Shown here: positions 26,697 through 39,222 of the stretch, in pieces | Layout: every line of letters starts with the position of its first letter | Position numbering within the stretch: position 1 is the stretch's first letter | Assembly: GCA_024137785.1 (NCBI GenBank) | Contig: JAHRHZ010000116.1 | Span: 547,421-611,420, forward strand | DNA length: 64,000 nucleotides | From: Ginglymostoma cirratum | Lineage: Eukaryota | Reading direction: 5' to 3' | The notes under the pieces: model-generated | What the model was told of the DNA's origin: nothing | Databases searched by the model: none | The model's input: the letters and a program-made list of their open reading frames with translations, nothing else | Position numbers and translations under genes: made by a program

Positions 26697-27400
26697 CTGG
26701 GTGTTCAGGTCCATTGTACCCTGAAGGTGGCAACTCAGTGCGATAGAGTGGTCAAGAAGGCATACAGCATGCTTTCATTCATCGGATGGGGTGTTGAGTA
26801 CAAGAGTTTGCAGGTCATGTTATAGTTGTATAAGATTTTGGTTCGACCACATTTGGAATACTGTGTACAGTTCTGGTCGCCACACTACCAAAAGGATGTG
26901 GATGTTTTGGAGATGGTGCAGTGGAGGTTCACCAGGATGTTGCCTGGTGTGGAGGGCGCTAGCTATGAAGAGAGGTTGAGTAGATTAGCATTATTTACAT
27001 TAGAAATGCAGACCCTGAGGGAGGAGCTGACCGAGATCTAGAAAATCATGAGAGGTATAGACAGCGTAGATAGCAACAAGCTTGTTCCCAGAATGGAAGA
27101 CTCAATTACTGGAGGTCACGATTTCAAGGTGAGAGGGGAAAAGTTTAAGGGAGATATGCGTGGAAAGTTCTTGACACAGAGGGTGGTGGGTGCCTGGAAC
27201 GCGTTGCCAACGGAGGTGGTAGAAGGCTGGCATAATAGCATCATTTAAGACGTATCTAGACAGATACATGAATGGGCAGGGAGCAGAGGGATACAGATCG
27301 TTGGAAAATAGACAACAGGCTTCGATAGAGGATCTGGATCGGAGAAAGCTTGGAGTTCAGAAGGGCCTGTTCCTGTGCTGTAATTTTCTTTGTTCTTCGT
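26697..27400 (+). mobile_element. CR1 3' fragment, close relative of the 5985-6700 end
   Basis: YKILVRPHLEYCVQFWSPHYQKDVDVLE...KFKGDMRGKFLTQRVVGAWNALP. Confidence 0.92.
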
Positions 27401-28239
27401 TCTTTGTAATTGTTTGTACCAGCAGAAGACTAAAACAGTTAATTGCATTGACAGTAAAGGAGGGGAAAGATTGGAAAGGTGAGTTTTATTTACTTCACTG
27501 CGATTTGTTGCGACCTGCAAAACAATATCCAAAGTGTAGGGGAATAATTTCAACCATAAATTTACAAAATTTCGATCTAAACGCTGAATAGAATACTACA
27601 TTCATTGGGTCCAAATGACAATGCTATTCGCTTGCTGAACTTTAGATATTTATCGTCACTTGAGAGTTACCTGACACCGCTACTCATGCACCAAACTCCT
27701 CTCAGTCCCCTGATTTTCTATTCGCCTGAATAGGAAACAGGTTCAGTATGTGGGTAAGACTTCTTGATGCTCAAGCATTGTTATTTTCATTCCATCCTTG
27801 CATCCATGGCTGGCTGCGCTGGTCTCAGTTTTGATACTGTGGTTTCCCTGCTTTTAGTTTTGCTCTGCTGACTTCTATTTGACCCAATTTAAGTTTGAAG
27901 TGAATTGGAGCCTCTGGGAAATTCTAGAGCAGCAAGCAGAGAGACGGGGATGAATGTTTCAGGTCTGACAGACGATTTCCTACATTGATGATTGAAACAG
28001 GCTGGAATTCTCATGGGAAATAGATCGCATAGCTCTTTGTAATGATAGCATTTATGGTATATTTTGCTTCATTCAGCGATGCAAGTGAGAACTCTCTTTA
28101 TTCCCCTTCTCCTTCAACCAGCTGTAACTCTTTTGGCAATAATAGATCCGTTGCTGGTGAAATATTACAGATGATTTTGATGAAGCTAATGTTGATCGGA
28201 ATCAGACTTGATGAAGATTGTTGATATCACTACTGTAAT

Positions 28240-28560
28240 CGGTTCAAGTGGAGCTGCTATCGAACAGTGGAAAATCCAATAACTTAAGTATGTGTCGCAA
28301 AAATAGTTGATGTCATGCCAAAACACACTTTCAATACAAATGAACCTGATCCTTCATTTTGCACTCGTGGAGTCACCATCATGGGCTGTGACCAAAGTGC
28401 ATGGTTTAGCATAATGGAGAGAATACTCAGAGGACCACCGGGATTACTGATTGTTTTATTGAACGTTTCACACTACTGTCGATATTACTGACCTAATCAT
28501 TATAATCACCCTGACACTGCCGTGTATCTCTGCGCTATGAGGACCGCAAGATACCACAGA
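28240..28560 (+). pseudogene. Degenerate V-segment remnant
   Basis: gacactgccgtgtatctctgcgctatgagg = DTAVYLCAMR at 28513-28542, upstream GITDCF (compare GIPDRF) and AIEQ; a heptamer-like cacagaa follows. Confidence 0.45.
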
Positions 28561-31500
28561 AAAAAAAGTCGATCTCCGACAAGAGAAAACGCACTGAGAC
28601 TTCCAGTTACTTCTAACTGCAAAACGAACATATAAGAAAAAGAATTAATAACCTTTCCCTCCGCAGATCTGGTGACAGGGACTTCTCGCTGTTTCTTACA
28701 CCTTCAGAACAAAAAAAAACTTCGGATGTGCAACAGATACTTCTTAATCGAGCTATGATTGATTCTCCAGAATAAGTTGAAACCAGTGTCTTACTTCAGT
28801 GGAGAACTGTTACCACAAACCACTGCTGCTTTGATTTTAGGGATTTTCGTGTCATTGGAAACAGGAACTGATTGCTTTTGGTAACATTAATAGGCTAGAG
28901 ATCAGAAGCCTGCACTATTTTTTTGGCTTCAAAATGACCGGGTACAAAATCTTCCATGGCAATTAGTGAAAATGGAAGTTAACCCCTTAAATTTAGACTT
29001 TAAATCAAATCTGTGATGGTGAGCATGATGCTGTGATTAACTACTCTAAAAACACATCTGATTAACGAGAGACTTTGTGAACACAACTCAGCCATCGTCA
29101 CTCGGCTTGGCCAACGTTTGTAATGCACGTAACTGGACTCAGAAAACATTAGTCAAGGCATTCAACTTAATGTAACATATGGAAGGGCAACAAACGACCT
29201 GACCTTGTCAGCGATACCACTATCCTTTGACAGAATTAATTTAAGTGCATCAGATGAACGACAATGAAAGTGCATTAACATTTGTGAATGAAACTTTATG
29301 CAGGGAATTCTTGTACAGCCGTAAACATGTGAGTGATTAACAGATAGATGAACAGCAGCCTCTCAGTGTCTCGACCAAAGGTACCCCTGTGAGTTGAGAC
29401 CTACCTGTACAAACATCACTACACAGAGAGACATAGAAAATGGAAAATGCACGTATTCGTGTTTATTCAGTCACGATTACAGTAAAAGGAAATTTCAGTA
29501 AGTTATTCCGAACGTGGAGCTTTTAACAGGTTATTTCAATAGGCGTTATCGCTGCAGCCAAGTGGTCTTCATTCCAGGGAAATGTGCAGCAGTGTCGTGT
29601 TTAAGCGTCAAGCCCATCAACAATGAGAAATTGTTTGTAACGACGTTTTAACACAAAATATCATTAAATCTGTAAGAATACATGACAAACATTTCAACTT
29701 AAAAACGGCCGAAATCAACATGGCTCCATTAGACATTATCCAGTTTTAGGTATCTCAATAATTTGAATATTCTTGACAATTACAATGAAAGTTCCAGGTC
29801 ACGCATACATTTTAAGTTTTAAAAAGTTCAATATATAAATTATAGATGCAGCTGTCAGATTCAACGCTTCCAAAGACAACGTCTGTTCTGTTGGAGCAGA
29901 TGTACAGATCTAGTCCTTTCACACTGCAATTTCAAATCTCTTGACAGACACACTGCATATTCAATCTCAAACATTCTACTCAACAGGTCTCACACAATTA
30001 CCAGCCCCTCAGGTTAGATAGTTGTATAGGCTTGAAATAGCAACCTTTTTTCCATTGTGACGCTGAAAAAAAGATATCACAAACTGGATTGTGTCCAGAA
30101 GTACGACAAATGCTGCCCACTTTCCAGATATCATTGGCCCTGATAACACAAATCATGAAACGTCCTGAGGGCTGACTGCTGTGGAGCGCAACACAGGTAA
30201 GAGCGTCTTTTCCTCCAGAAGATGAAGTTAGCGTGCTATTTTATTACATAGCGTTACAACTCGTATTATCAGTCATCATAACGGTTAACAAGTGGACGTT
30301 CGTGCCTCGTTAACCTCAAGACAACTAAAGAGCCAGTAGTTAATTATTATTAACAGGAACGATCTTAGCTGCAAAGACTTGCTGAGATTTTGCTACGGGA
30401 CGTCTGTCATGTCTGTCAGTGTGCTGCCTCGCTGAAAATTAACAAGCTTCCCCGTCAGCCATGCTGAATTCACGAACTTTATGTAAACATTTATTTTTCT
30501 AGATTTTCTGACGGTTGCTGAATATCATCGTGATAACTTGACTCGCTTTAGGACTACTGATTTGGTGATTATCCAGCCCGGAGCCTGTGCTGGCTTCTAT
30601 TCAAATCATTCCATGTGTAAATATCCAATATTTGATATATACAGCCTAAATGCACTGTACCACCATTTTGTTCAGCGATTACCACGGAGGACTTACTCAT
30701 TGGAAAATCACAGCCTGCCTGCGGAAATAAGTGATTTCTTTCTTCAAAAAAAGAAGTTAAGCAAGACATATCTGGAATTCCTTATTTCAGAATTGCGATT
30801 TGTATCTTCAAAGTACGAAAGGTTTTATTAATGGATTTTGTTTTTATATTGTTACTAGCATTGCAGAAGTGTGCAGTTCCTGGCACAGAAGTACAAGGGC
30901 GTACATAAAGTTAAACAAAGGAACATTACTGGTTTGTGAACTTAATGTTAGAATGCGGCATTGAAGAGGAACTATTATTTACTTCTGAGTTATTTATTAT
31001 GCATTCTTGAACTATACAGTGTCTGCCATTCAAAGAGATGACTATACCAACTCTTAATGTTCAGTTGACTGTGACATTACTGTCCTCATCAACAATAATT
31101 TCAGGGAATTTTGCATTGTTGCCTTCATTCTAATTGGAGGTCTTCATTATATTTATCATCTTCAGTCATATTGCCATCAACTTCAATCAATACAAACTCA
31201 TTATTTGATCTATTCCTATATACTGACAGCAAACAAGGAATTGAATACTTGCAGAGAAATGATGGTATTGTAAGAGCAATGCAAGCTAGTTCCCCATGAT
31301 TGGAACTGAATCCCAGAAATGTTCTGTTGAGCACAAATGTGGATCCTGGCACTTTGCACTGCTGATCAAGTCGATGAAAACTAGGGAACAAAACACGAAT
31401 AAAATGTGCCCAATAAAGAAGGATAGCTAAAACTGTTCGGAGAGACCTAAACAGACGGGAGATATAAAGGGGCAGTGTGATAACATCATTTCTTTTTCCT

Positions 31501-32621
31501 CCGTGCATAATCGAAAACATTGAAATATATGTGTCCATGTATCCCTTTGGTGGTAGTATTAAAAACATCACACGGTCAGGAAAACGCGCAGATCAAAGTT
31601 AGGATCTATCTCCGGGCCAATTTTCAATGCACCTTATTGGCAGAAACGTTGCAATTAATTCAACTGCTTCAACAGTCATGGTGCACCCATAAAATATGGT
31701 ACATAACGTACGGCGCTTTTTTTCCCTAGTGCTTTCTTAAATAGTGACATTGATTCACTTTTAATTTTGGATATCATTCTGGTCACATCCCATTCTCCCT
31801 TTAATTCCGCTAGTTGACTTTTTTTCTGTCCTCTGCTCTTATTTCTACCACACTTTTTTTTATCCCTGTTCTCATTCGGTCCTGCAAGATTACTCTTCCA
31901 TTCAATTTGTCTATGTTTCCAGCCTCCTCACTTCCCAGCTTTACACTTTTACAGCTTCTCTTATCAACTCGTTAAAGCACGCTTGCTCGATTCTAGGAAC
32001 GTCGGGTAAATGATTAACATAGAGAATTGAAAATTGAATAAAAAATTGAAGAACATATATAGAAAAATGGTACATTTGGAATCTAATTCTTTTGCATCGC
32101 TTGAAGGGCGGGATGACGATGCAACAAGCTTAGGAAAATGAGATCAAGCACTTCAATTCCAAATGTGCCACAGAGGAGACATCTACTGTCTGAGTGGAAG
32201 AGAGTGAATATCCAGAGTAATATGTAGGTCGCGATTCTGAGCACGATTTCCCATTTTAGTTTTCAGTGATACCAGATAAATGATGGCCAAATCTTAGGAA
32301 GTCTGGATTTTAAGATTCCACTTATTCATAACTAATTGTGTTTTAACGAGAAATTCAATGATTGTAACGAATCTCAGTGGGCGATAGTTATTTTTTCTGC
32401 TTGATTGACACTTTTGAGTGGCAACATTCAACTATGCAATAATAAGTCTAAAGCTGAATGGTGTCCAAGTCTTGTTGCAAGTGGGAAAAAGTCACTTCAT
32501 TGTGTTGGGATACGGAGAGGGTAGTGCACGCAGAAAAGAAATGTGTCTCCTTCGGGTCTCATGGCTGAAAAAACGGCTCTGATGAAGTAGTAGAACTTGT
32601 TTAAGGCTGACGCATTGCCAT

Positions 32622-32984
32622 ATGAAATTCCTGCTACTACAGGGTGGGGACTGAGCAGATAAGTCTACAGCCAATACAACACTTTCCTGTTGTGTCGTGA
32701 ATAATTGGGAGAGTTTCGTGTTTTGTCTTTGATTCCCAATGACTTCCATTCGATTTGGGGCTCCCTGAGAAGCGCTTTGTCAAAAGTAGACAAAGTGCTT
32801 GCAGATGTATTCTCTGACCTCGATCCCCCGTGTGATGGATGGAGTCCAGAGGGCCTGAGCACTGGTTGTGCAGCTTGGCGAGAACAAGGGGGTTGGACGA
32901 CTCAGCAAAGGAACAGAAACACGTCAGTTTGGTCAGTGGAGACATTACGAGGACGGACGTAGCCATCTCCTGCTACATGGTGTT
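32622..32984 (+). pseudogene. Decayed short V-like segment (possible IgNAR/NAR-TCR-type V)
   Basis: 37-nt leader MKFLLLQGGD*A/g followed by ataagt (mutated donor). One frame from 32761: LPEKRFVKSRQSACRCIL*PRSPV*WMESRGPEHWLCSLARTRGLDDSAKEQKHVSLVSGDITRTDVAISCY. Nonamer-like acagaaatc at 33014-33022; TGACGCA just upstream of the ATG. Confidence 0.5.
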
Positions 32985-33259
32985 CATCGCTTTACATCTC
33001 ATGGGCAGCCAATACAGAAATCACAAAAAGATAGGAGTCATATCATTAGGTTGGAAGTCCCAGCCTTAACATTATCACAGAGAAGCGTTGACCTCATTGA
33101 ATATAATGCAGTCTGCAGGTTTACTAACTTAAAGAAAAATTGAAAAGGCCTGTCAGTTTGACCATTCCTCATTTTCAAACACCCCCTCCAAATGTTCATC
33201 AGAAATACTTTTACTAGTCCCTCCCAAAGAAACCGTTTAGAATCCACCAGTAGCCTGGA

Positions 33260-33690
33260 ATGAAAGGATGGCCTTGTGAGGAAAGGCTATAAAGGCAGGT
33301 CCTGTATAATTTGGAATTTAAAAGAATTTCAGCTGACTAGATTGAAACATGTGAGATCCTGGGCTACTTGAGTAAGTTGATGTGGAAAGGTTGCTTCCTC
33401 TTGTGAGATGTTTTAGAACTGAGGTCATAGTTTTAAAATACGGGGACATCCATTTACAGCACAGATGATCTGTCACTGCATTGTGAGTCAGTGGAATTTC
33501 TTTCCACAAAAGATAGTGAATGCAGAACCTTAATTTTCCTTAAGGTGGAGGTAGGTAGATTCTTAATGACCAACGAGATGAAAGATTATTCGGAATTCAC
33601 AGGAATGCAGACATTCCGTCAATTTCAGGTTAGCCATGATACAATTGAATGTTGTAGCAGGCTCAAAGGACTCGGTGGCGTTCTCTAGTA
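33260..33690 (+). mobile_element. Old CR1 3' fragment
   Basis: Decayed YEERL-type sequence, tggaatttctttccacaaaagatagtg, and a CR1-like 3' UTR. Confidence 0.6.
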
Positions 33691-33709
33691 CATTCTTCGT
33701 TCAATAAAC

Positions 33710-35270
33710 AAATGAAAAAGTACAGCAAAGGAACAGGTTCTTCGGAACTCCAAGCCTGTGCCGACCATCATGTCCTAATTAATCTAAAAAGGTACCTGCC
33801 ATTTTTCGATCCATCATCCCTCGATACCCTCGCTATTCATGTACACATCTAGGGTGCCTCTTAAATTTCTTCACTATGCCCAGTTCCACTATCTTTTCTG
33901 CTCGTGCATTTCGGGCTGCTACCACTCTCAGCATATAAAAAAAAAAATTCTCTCGCACATCTCTCTTAAACTTTCCCCCTCTGATCTTGAATCTGTGCCC
34001 CTTTGTAATTGAAAATTCGACCCTGGGAAAATAAGCTTCTGACCATCCATCCGATCTATGCCTCTTATAATTTTGGAGACGTCTGTCCAGTATCCCCTCA
34101 GCCACCGTCTTTCGAGTGAAAAAAATCTGAGTCTTTTTAACTTTTCCTCATAGTCAATGCCCTGGACACCAGGCAACATCCTGGTGAACCTTCTCCGTAC
34201 TTTCTCCAAAGCTTCCGCATCCTTCTGGTAGTGTGGTTACCAAAATTGCACACAATACTCCAAATGTGGCCTAATAAAGCTTTTATATAGCTGCAACACT
34301 TTTTGCCAACACTTGTGCTTCACCCTCCGGGCAATGAAGGCGAGCAGACCGTATGCCTTCTTAATCTCTTTGGCTACCTGTGTTGTCACTTTCAGGGAAC
34401 TGCGGACCTGCACGCCCAGTTCCACCTGAATGTTAGTGATCCTAAGGGTTCTGCCATTTACAATGTAATTTACATCTAAATTTGATCGTCCAAAATGCAT
34501 CACTGCACATTAGTCTGGATTAAACTCCATCTGGCATTTCTGTGCCCAAGTCACCAATCTTTCTGTATTTTGTTGTATGCTTTCACAATCGTTGGCACTA
34601 TCAGCAACTCCATGAATCTCCATGTCATCAGCAAACTTGTTTATCAGCCCACATACATTTTCCTCTAGATCTTTCATATATACTGCAAACAAAAAGGAGC
34701 TAAGACTGACCTTTGTTAAACACCATTAGTTACTAGTGTCCATTCTGAAAAACATTCTTCCATTACTACCCTTTGTCTTCTATGACCAAGCCAGTTTTCT
34801 ATCCATCTACCAGTTTACCTCGGATCCCTTGTGATTTTAGTTTGTGTACCAACCTGCCATGTGGGACTTTACCAAATTCTTTACTAAAGTCCATATTAAC
34901 TATATCCACAGCCCTTCCCTCATCAATTATCCTCGTAAATTCTTCAAAAAATTATGTTAGGTGGGTGAGTCATGATCTTCCCCGGTCAAAAGTATGCTGC
35001 CTGTCATATACATATGTGAGCTACCTCACCACAGATATCAAGCTCACCAGCCTGTAGTTTCCTGGAATAGCCCTGCATCTTTTCTTAAACAAAGGAAAAA
35101 TATTTATTTATCTCCAGCGCTCTGGAGCATCACATGTGGTCACCAAGGATGTGAAGATATCTGCCAACGCCTAAACTATTGCCTCCCTTGCCTCTCTGAG
35201 CAACCTGGAATAGATCCCATCTGGTCCTGGAGATTTTTCGATCTTCATGTAACTTAGGATTTCCAAAGAT
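33710..35270 (-). mobile_element. CR1 ORF2 fragment with internal deletions
   Basis: INKFADDMEI, MHFGRSN...IRPHLEYCVQFW, RRRFTRMLPGVQGIDYEEKL. Confidence 0.9.
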
Positions 35271-35619
35271 TCCTCTTTCAATTTGATTTCTTTATATGAT
35301 TATAACTTCTAAGCCATATGAATTTGTTGATATTAGCTATTAGCTCATTTCTTCTGTGACTCTCCTCGACATTTTCTGAATTATGTGAGTTCTGTTTGCC
35401 CAACCTTCTGTGTATTAAGAACTTCGGAGCAGAATGCCTTGTTATTAATGTCCTTGACATAGCCAGTGTCAATCGCTCAACCAACAGCTGAGTTCTCAAG
35501 AAGGGTCACCGGACCCGAAATGTTAAGTCTTATTTTTTCTTCACAAATGCTGCGAGACCTGCTGAGCTCTTCCAGCAACTTCTGCTTTTGTTGCAGAAAA
35601 TGGGGACAATGGCCCTTCT

Positions 35620-36720
35620 TGGGGTCTGAGCAACTGAGCAGTATTGTGATCGGTAAAGAAGAGCTGCTAAGAAAAAAGGCTGGCAGCACTCCAAGTAGAA
35701 TTGTCGCCAGGCCCAGTTGGGTGCATCCTAGATTGCTGAGAGAGGTAAAGCAGCATATTTGGAAGACATTGACAAAAATTTTCTAGAACTCCTCGAACAC
35801 AGGATGTGTCCCACTGGGCTGGAGGATTGCAAATATGACTCAGTTGTTTATGAAAGGGGTATATGACAACCCACGAAACTAGAGACGTGTTGATATGCAT
35901 CAGTAGTACAAATGTAGTGATAGAAGACACATTGTAAAATACTTTAAGTATTCATTTCGAGGAAAATAATTTGCTACCAGACAATCAACATGGCTCAATC
36001 AAGGGCAGGTCACGTCTGACAAATTTGATAAGAGTTATTTGAAAAAGTGACATGGACAGTGGATGACGTTAGTGCTGTGAGCGTTGTACATTTGGACTTG
36101 AAGAAATAGTTTCATATGGCGCCATACGGCAGGTTGGTTAACAAGTTAGAACGATTTCGGTTCAATAGTTCCTTGGCAGCCTGCATTCGAAGGTGGCTAG
36201 ACAGTAAGCAACCGCCAAGGTAATGGATTGGCATTTCTGAGACTGGATATACTTTGAAAGTGGTATCTCCCACGGATCGCTGTTGGGAACCTTACACTTC
36301 TGATTTCTGTAAACGTTTTGGAGATGGGTAGTTAAGGGAAAAATCTCTAAATTTGCAGATTATATTATTGTCGGGAGAAAAGTGAATTGTAGGAATGCCA
36401 CTAAAATACCTCGGGGGCATTGAAATTTGGCAAAATACACAGATCCCTAACAGATAAACTTCAATGGAGTGAAGAGTGAGGCAAACCCCTCCGTTACAAG
36501 AAATATGGAGAGACAATACAGATTCAACGATACATCCTTGAGGCGTTATAGGAGCAGATGGAACTTTCTGTTTAAATGCATAATTCTCTGAATGTAGTCA
36601 GGCAAGTTGAAACGGTTATGAAAAAGGCTTATGGGATCATTGAGTCTAATAATAGAAGCAGAGTATAGGAGCAATGAATTGATGCTACGATTCTATGCTA
36701 TAAAACACATGGATAAGCAA
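35620..36720 (+). mobile_element. Old degenerate CR1 ORF2 fragment
   Basis: VHPRLLREV, ggaggattgcaaat (WRIAN), aagggcaggtcacgtctgacaaatttg (KGRSxLTNL), aaatttgcagat. Confidence 0.75.
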
Positions 36721-36767
36721 AAATTAAAGTACAAGGAAAAGGAATAGACAGCCACTCAACGAGACAT

Positions 36768-36817
<50 letters not shown>

Positions 36818-36852
36818 GGATGGATGGATGGATGGATGGATAGATAGATAGA
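36768..36852. repeat. Compound microsatellite (GATA)n(GATG)n(GATA)n
   Basis: Directly visible tetranucleotide array. Confidence 0.97.
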
Positions 36853-38531
36853 AAATTTGATGGAAGTTGGAAGCAACAGGTAAAGAAGTACACTCAGAAA
36901 CTGATTGGCTGTTTAGTTAATTTCTGCTCTGATGCAGTGCTCATTTTGTAATTTTGCTTGTCATTCTGCCCGCGCCACACTACTCTTCCTAAAATATATA
37001 TCTTCAGGCATTTCCTCCAAATTTTTGATGGACTGAGATTTGCAAAACTGCTCCTGTTCCCGTTTCTACACCGCCTCATAATTTATATTTTTCCATGATT
37101 AGTGAAAAGAATAATAAGGGTACTACCGGTTTTTACTTGCTGTGCATACCATAATCAGATTTGGGTGAAATAACTTCAGGCTTTAACAATGTGGTTACAA
37201 TGATTTTTACAGAGTCTGTTAAAATTTGATTTCTCCGCAGAAACTACACTGTCAGACCAGCTCTCCCGTCCACACCCTTTGTAATCCCCACACTGTTCCT
37301 CGGTGTGTTGATGCTAATGTCAGTTTGGACGCTATTCTGTGTTGCTACTATCACTCTGACTGAATCGCTATTGAATTTCGCCATTTACAGTTGCAGTAAC
37401 TTTGGGCCATCAGCAGTGTGTGCAATTTTATCATGTTAATCACAAGCTGAGGAAAATGGCAGAGAGGCTCTTTCTACTTCGATCAAAGACAAAATGTCTC
37501 CCATTGCACATAAATTATCACCCATGCACGCACAGACACACAAGCGCAGACACAAACACACACAGGCACGAACACTCATATACCCATGCACACGGACTCA
37601 TACCCACACTCTCAGACACTGATACACCGGGATCTACAAATATTCATATACACAGGTAGCCTGCAGGCAGGAATGCGCTTGCACACAGTCACACATATTT
37701 AAATGTTGAGAATACTCCCTAAATTAATCGCTGTTGTATTATTTGCTCAGTTACGACGCCTTTATAACTTGTTGGCATCATCTGAAAATTGTATGTATTT
37801 GCTGTAATTTCTTGAGATGCTGATGCAAATCTCCAGTAAAATAGACTAAAATTTCGACACCTGCTCAGTTTCCTCCCACAACATTGGTGACTTAAAGGTA
37901 GAGAATGAAACAAGTCATAAGAAACCATTCGGGCATACAGTCACAGTGCCTGCTCTCAAAGATGTGATTACGCTCACTGTCCAGCACAACCTCTCCCTCT
38001 CCCCCATTTTTCCATGTTAAAGGGCCCTTTGAAGAAAGAAAATAGATTCGAATCCAACATCCAATCTGACAGTTTATTTCATATCACAACGACGTGCTGC
38101 AGAAATAAACTGCTGCATGTCGTCCCTGCTTTCTTTGAATGCTATATGTATGTCTGCTTTGAACTGAATAACAGAAAATTTAGGAAGTATGAAGCTATTT
38201 GTACAAAACCAGTATGTCTTTCTGACAAGCAAATCCACATTACGAAATCTATCAAAGCTTTTTTTTTTCAGAGAATGGACAATTAGAATAATTGACTGGT
38301 AGAGGGGATTCGGCCTATTTGAATTTTCAGAAATCTTTTGATAATCTCCCATGGAAGAAAGTCGGAATAGTGTATTGGCATGGAACGAGAATTTGTTGAC
38401 AGGCTGGAAACTGTGGGGATAAATGAGACTCTTTCGAAGTGGCAGACAGTGACACTCGTTTCACTCAATTCTCCAACGTTTATAATGAATCAATGTTGCT
38501 ACCAGACAAAGTAGATGCCATAAACTCGCAT

Positions 38532-38539
38532 ATTTGCAT
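38532..38539 (+). promoter_or_regulatory. Octamer motif ATTTGCAT upstream of the VH-like gene
   Basis: Exact octamer about 170 bp before the ATG at 38708; function not shown. Confidence 0.4.
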
Positions 38540-38707
38540 CAGATGTCAATTTTCAGGCAACCGATAGCGTGTTTCCTTAAACACGCCCCCTCTTCTGCAA
38601 TTTCATAAACCCTTGTGACTGAGGATCAGAAAACGGCAATTCGCCAAGCTGCTTTTCAATTGAGTGACAAGAAGACAGATTGTGCAATTTAAAACGATCT
38701 GGGAAGC

Positions 38708-39183
38708 ATGGGGTCAGCGAAGTATCTTGCTCTCATTCTTGCTTTAATATCCAGTGCGTAGTTCCAATTAAATTTGTATGCAATTTTAACAATTTCAATT
38801 GCCTGATCATCCCTTTTCTGGGTAAGTTACATGCCCTGGAGGCACGCCAGTTTAATAATTGTTACTTTACATTGTCAGGTGCCAAGTCAGAAGTGGTGCT
38901 GACTCAGTCAAAGGTAGAGACAAGGATTGCTGGACAGTCTCTGAAACTGATCTGTAAAACGTCCGGGTTCGATTTGCGAAGCTACAGAATGTTCTGGTAC
39001 CGACAAAGACCCAGCAAGGGCCTAGAATGGCTAGTTGGATACTACAGTGAAGGCAACAACGATTATAATCCAGAGATCAGAGAACGAATTGTTGCTTCTA
39101 AAGACCTTGCAAACAATATCTTCGCTTTGGATTTCAGGTCATTGACAATGTCAGACAGTGCAACATATTATTGTGCACAGCAA
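38708..39183 (+). CDS. IgH VH-like variable segment among TCR V genes (TAILV-like), apparently functional
   Basis: Leader 38708-38753 MGSAKYLALILALIS/a with gtgcgt donor; acceptor tgtcag. V exon 38879-39183 SAKSEVVLTQSKVETRIAGQSLKLICKTSGFDLRSYRMFWYRQRPSKGLEWLVGYY...ASKDLANNIFALDFRSLTMSDSATYYCAQQ. The CKTSGF, GLEWL and SKDxxNNIFAL motifs are shark VH hallmarks. Confidence 0.92.
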
Positions 39184-39222
39184 CACAGTGAGATTAATCA
39201 GTTCCAGACCTGTACAAAATCC
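39184..39222 (+). other. Recombination signal sequence, 23-bp spacer
   Basis: CACAGTG - agattaatcagttccagacctgt (23 nt) - ACAAAATCC. Confidence 0.95.

Noticed and set aside
30900-31571. 148-aa minus-strand ORF and Ig-strand-like phrases (PGSTFVLNRTF, EDSNVTVN*TL)
   Set aside because: No conserved Cys/Trp/YxC pattern, splice structure or RSS.
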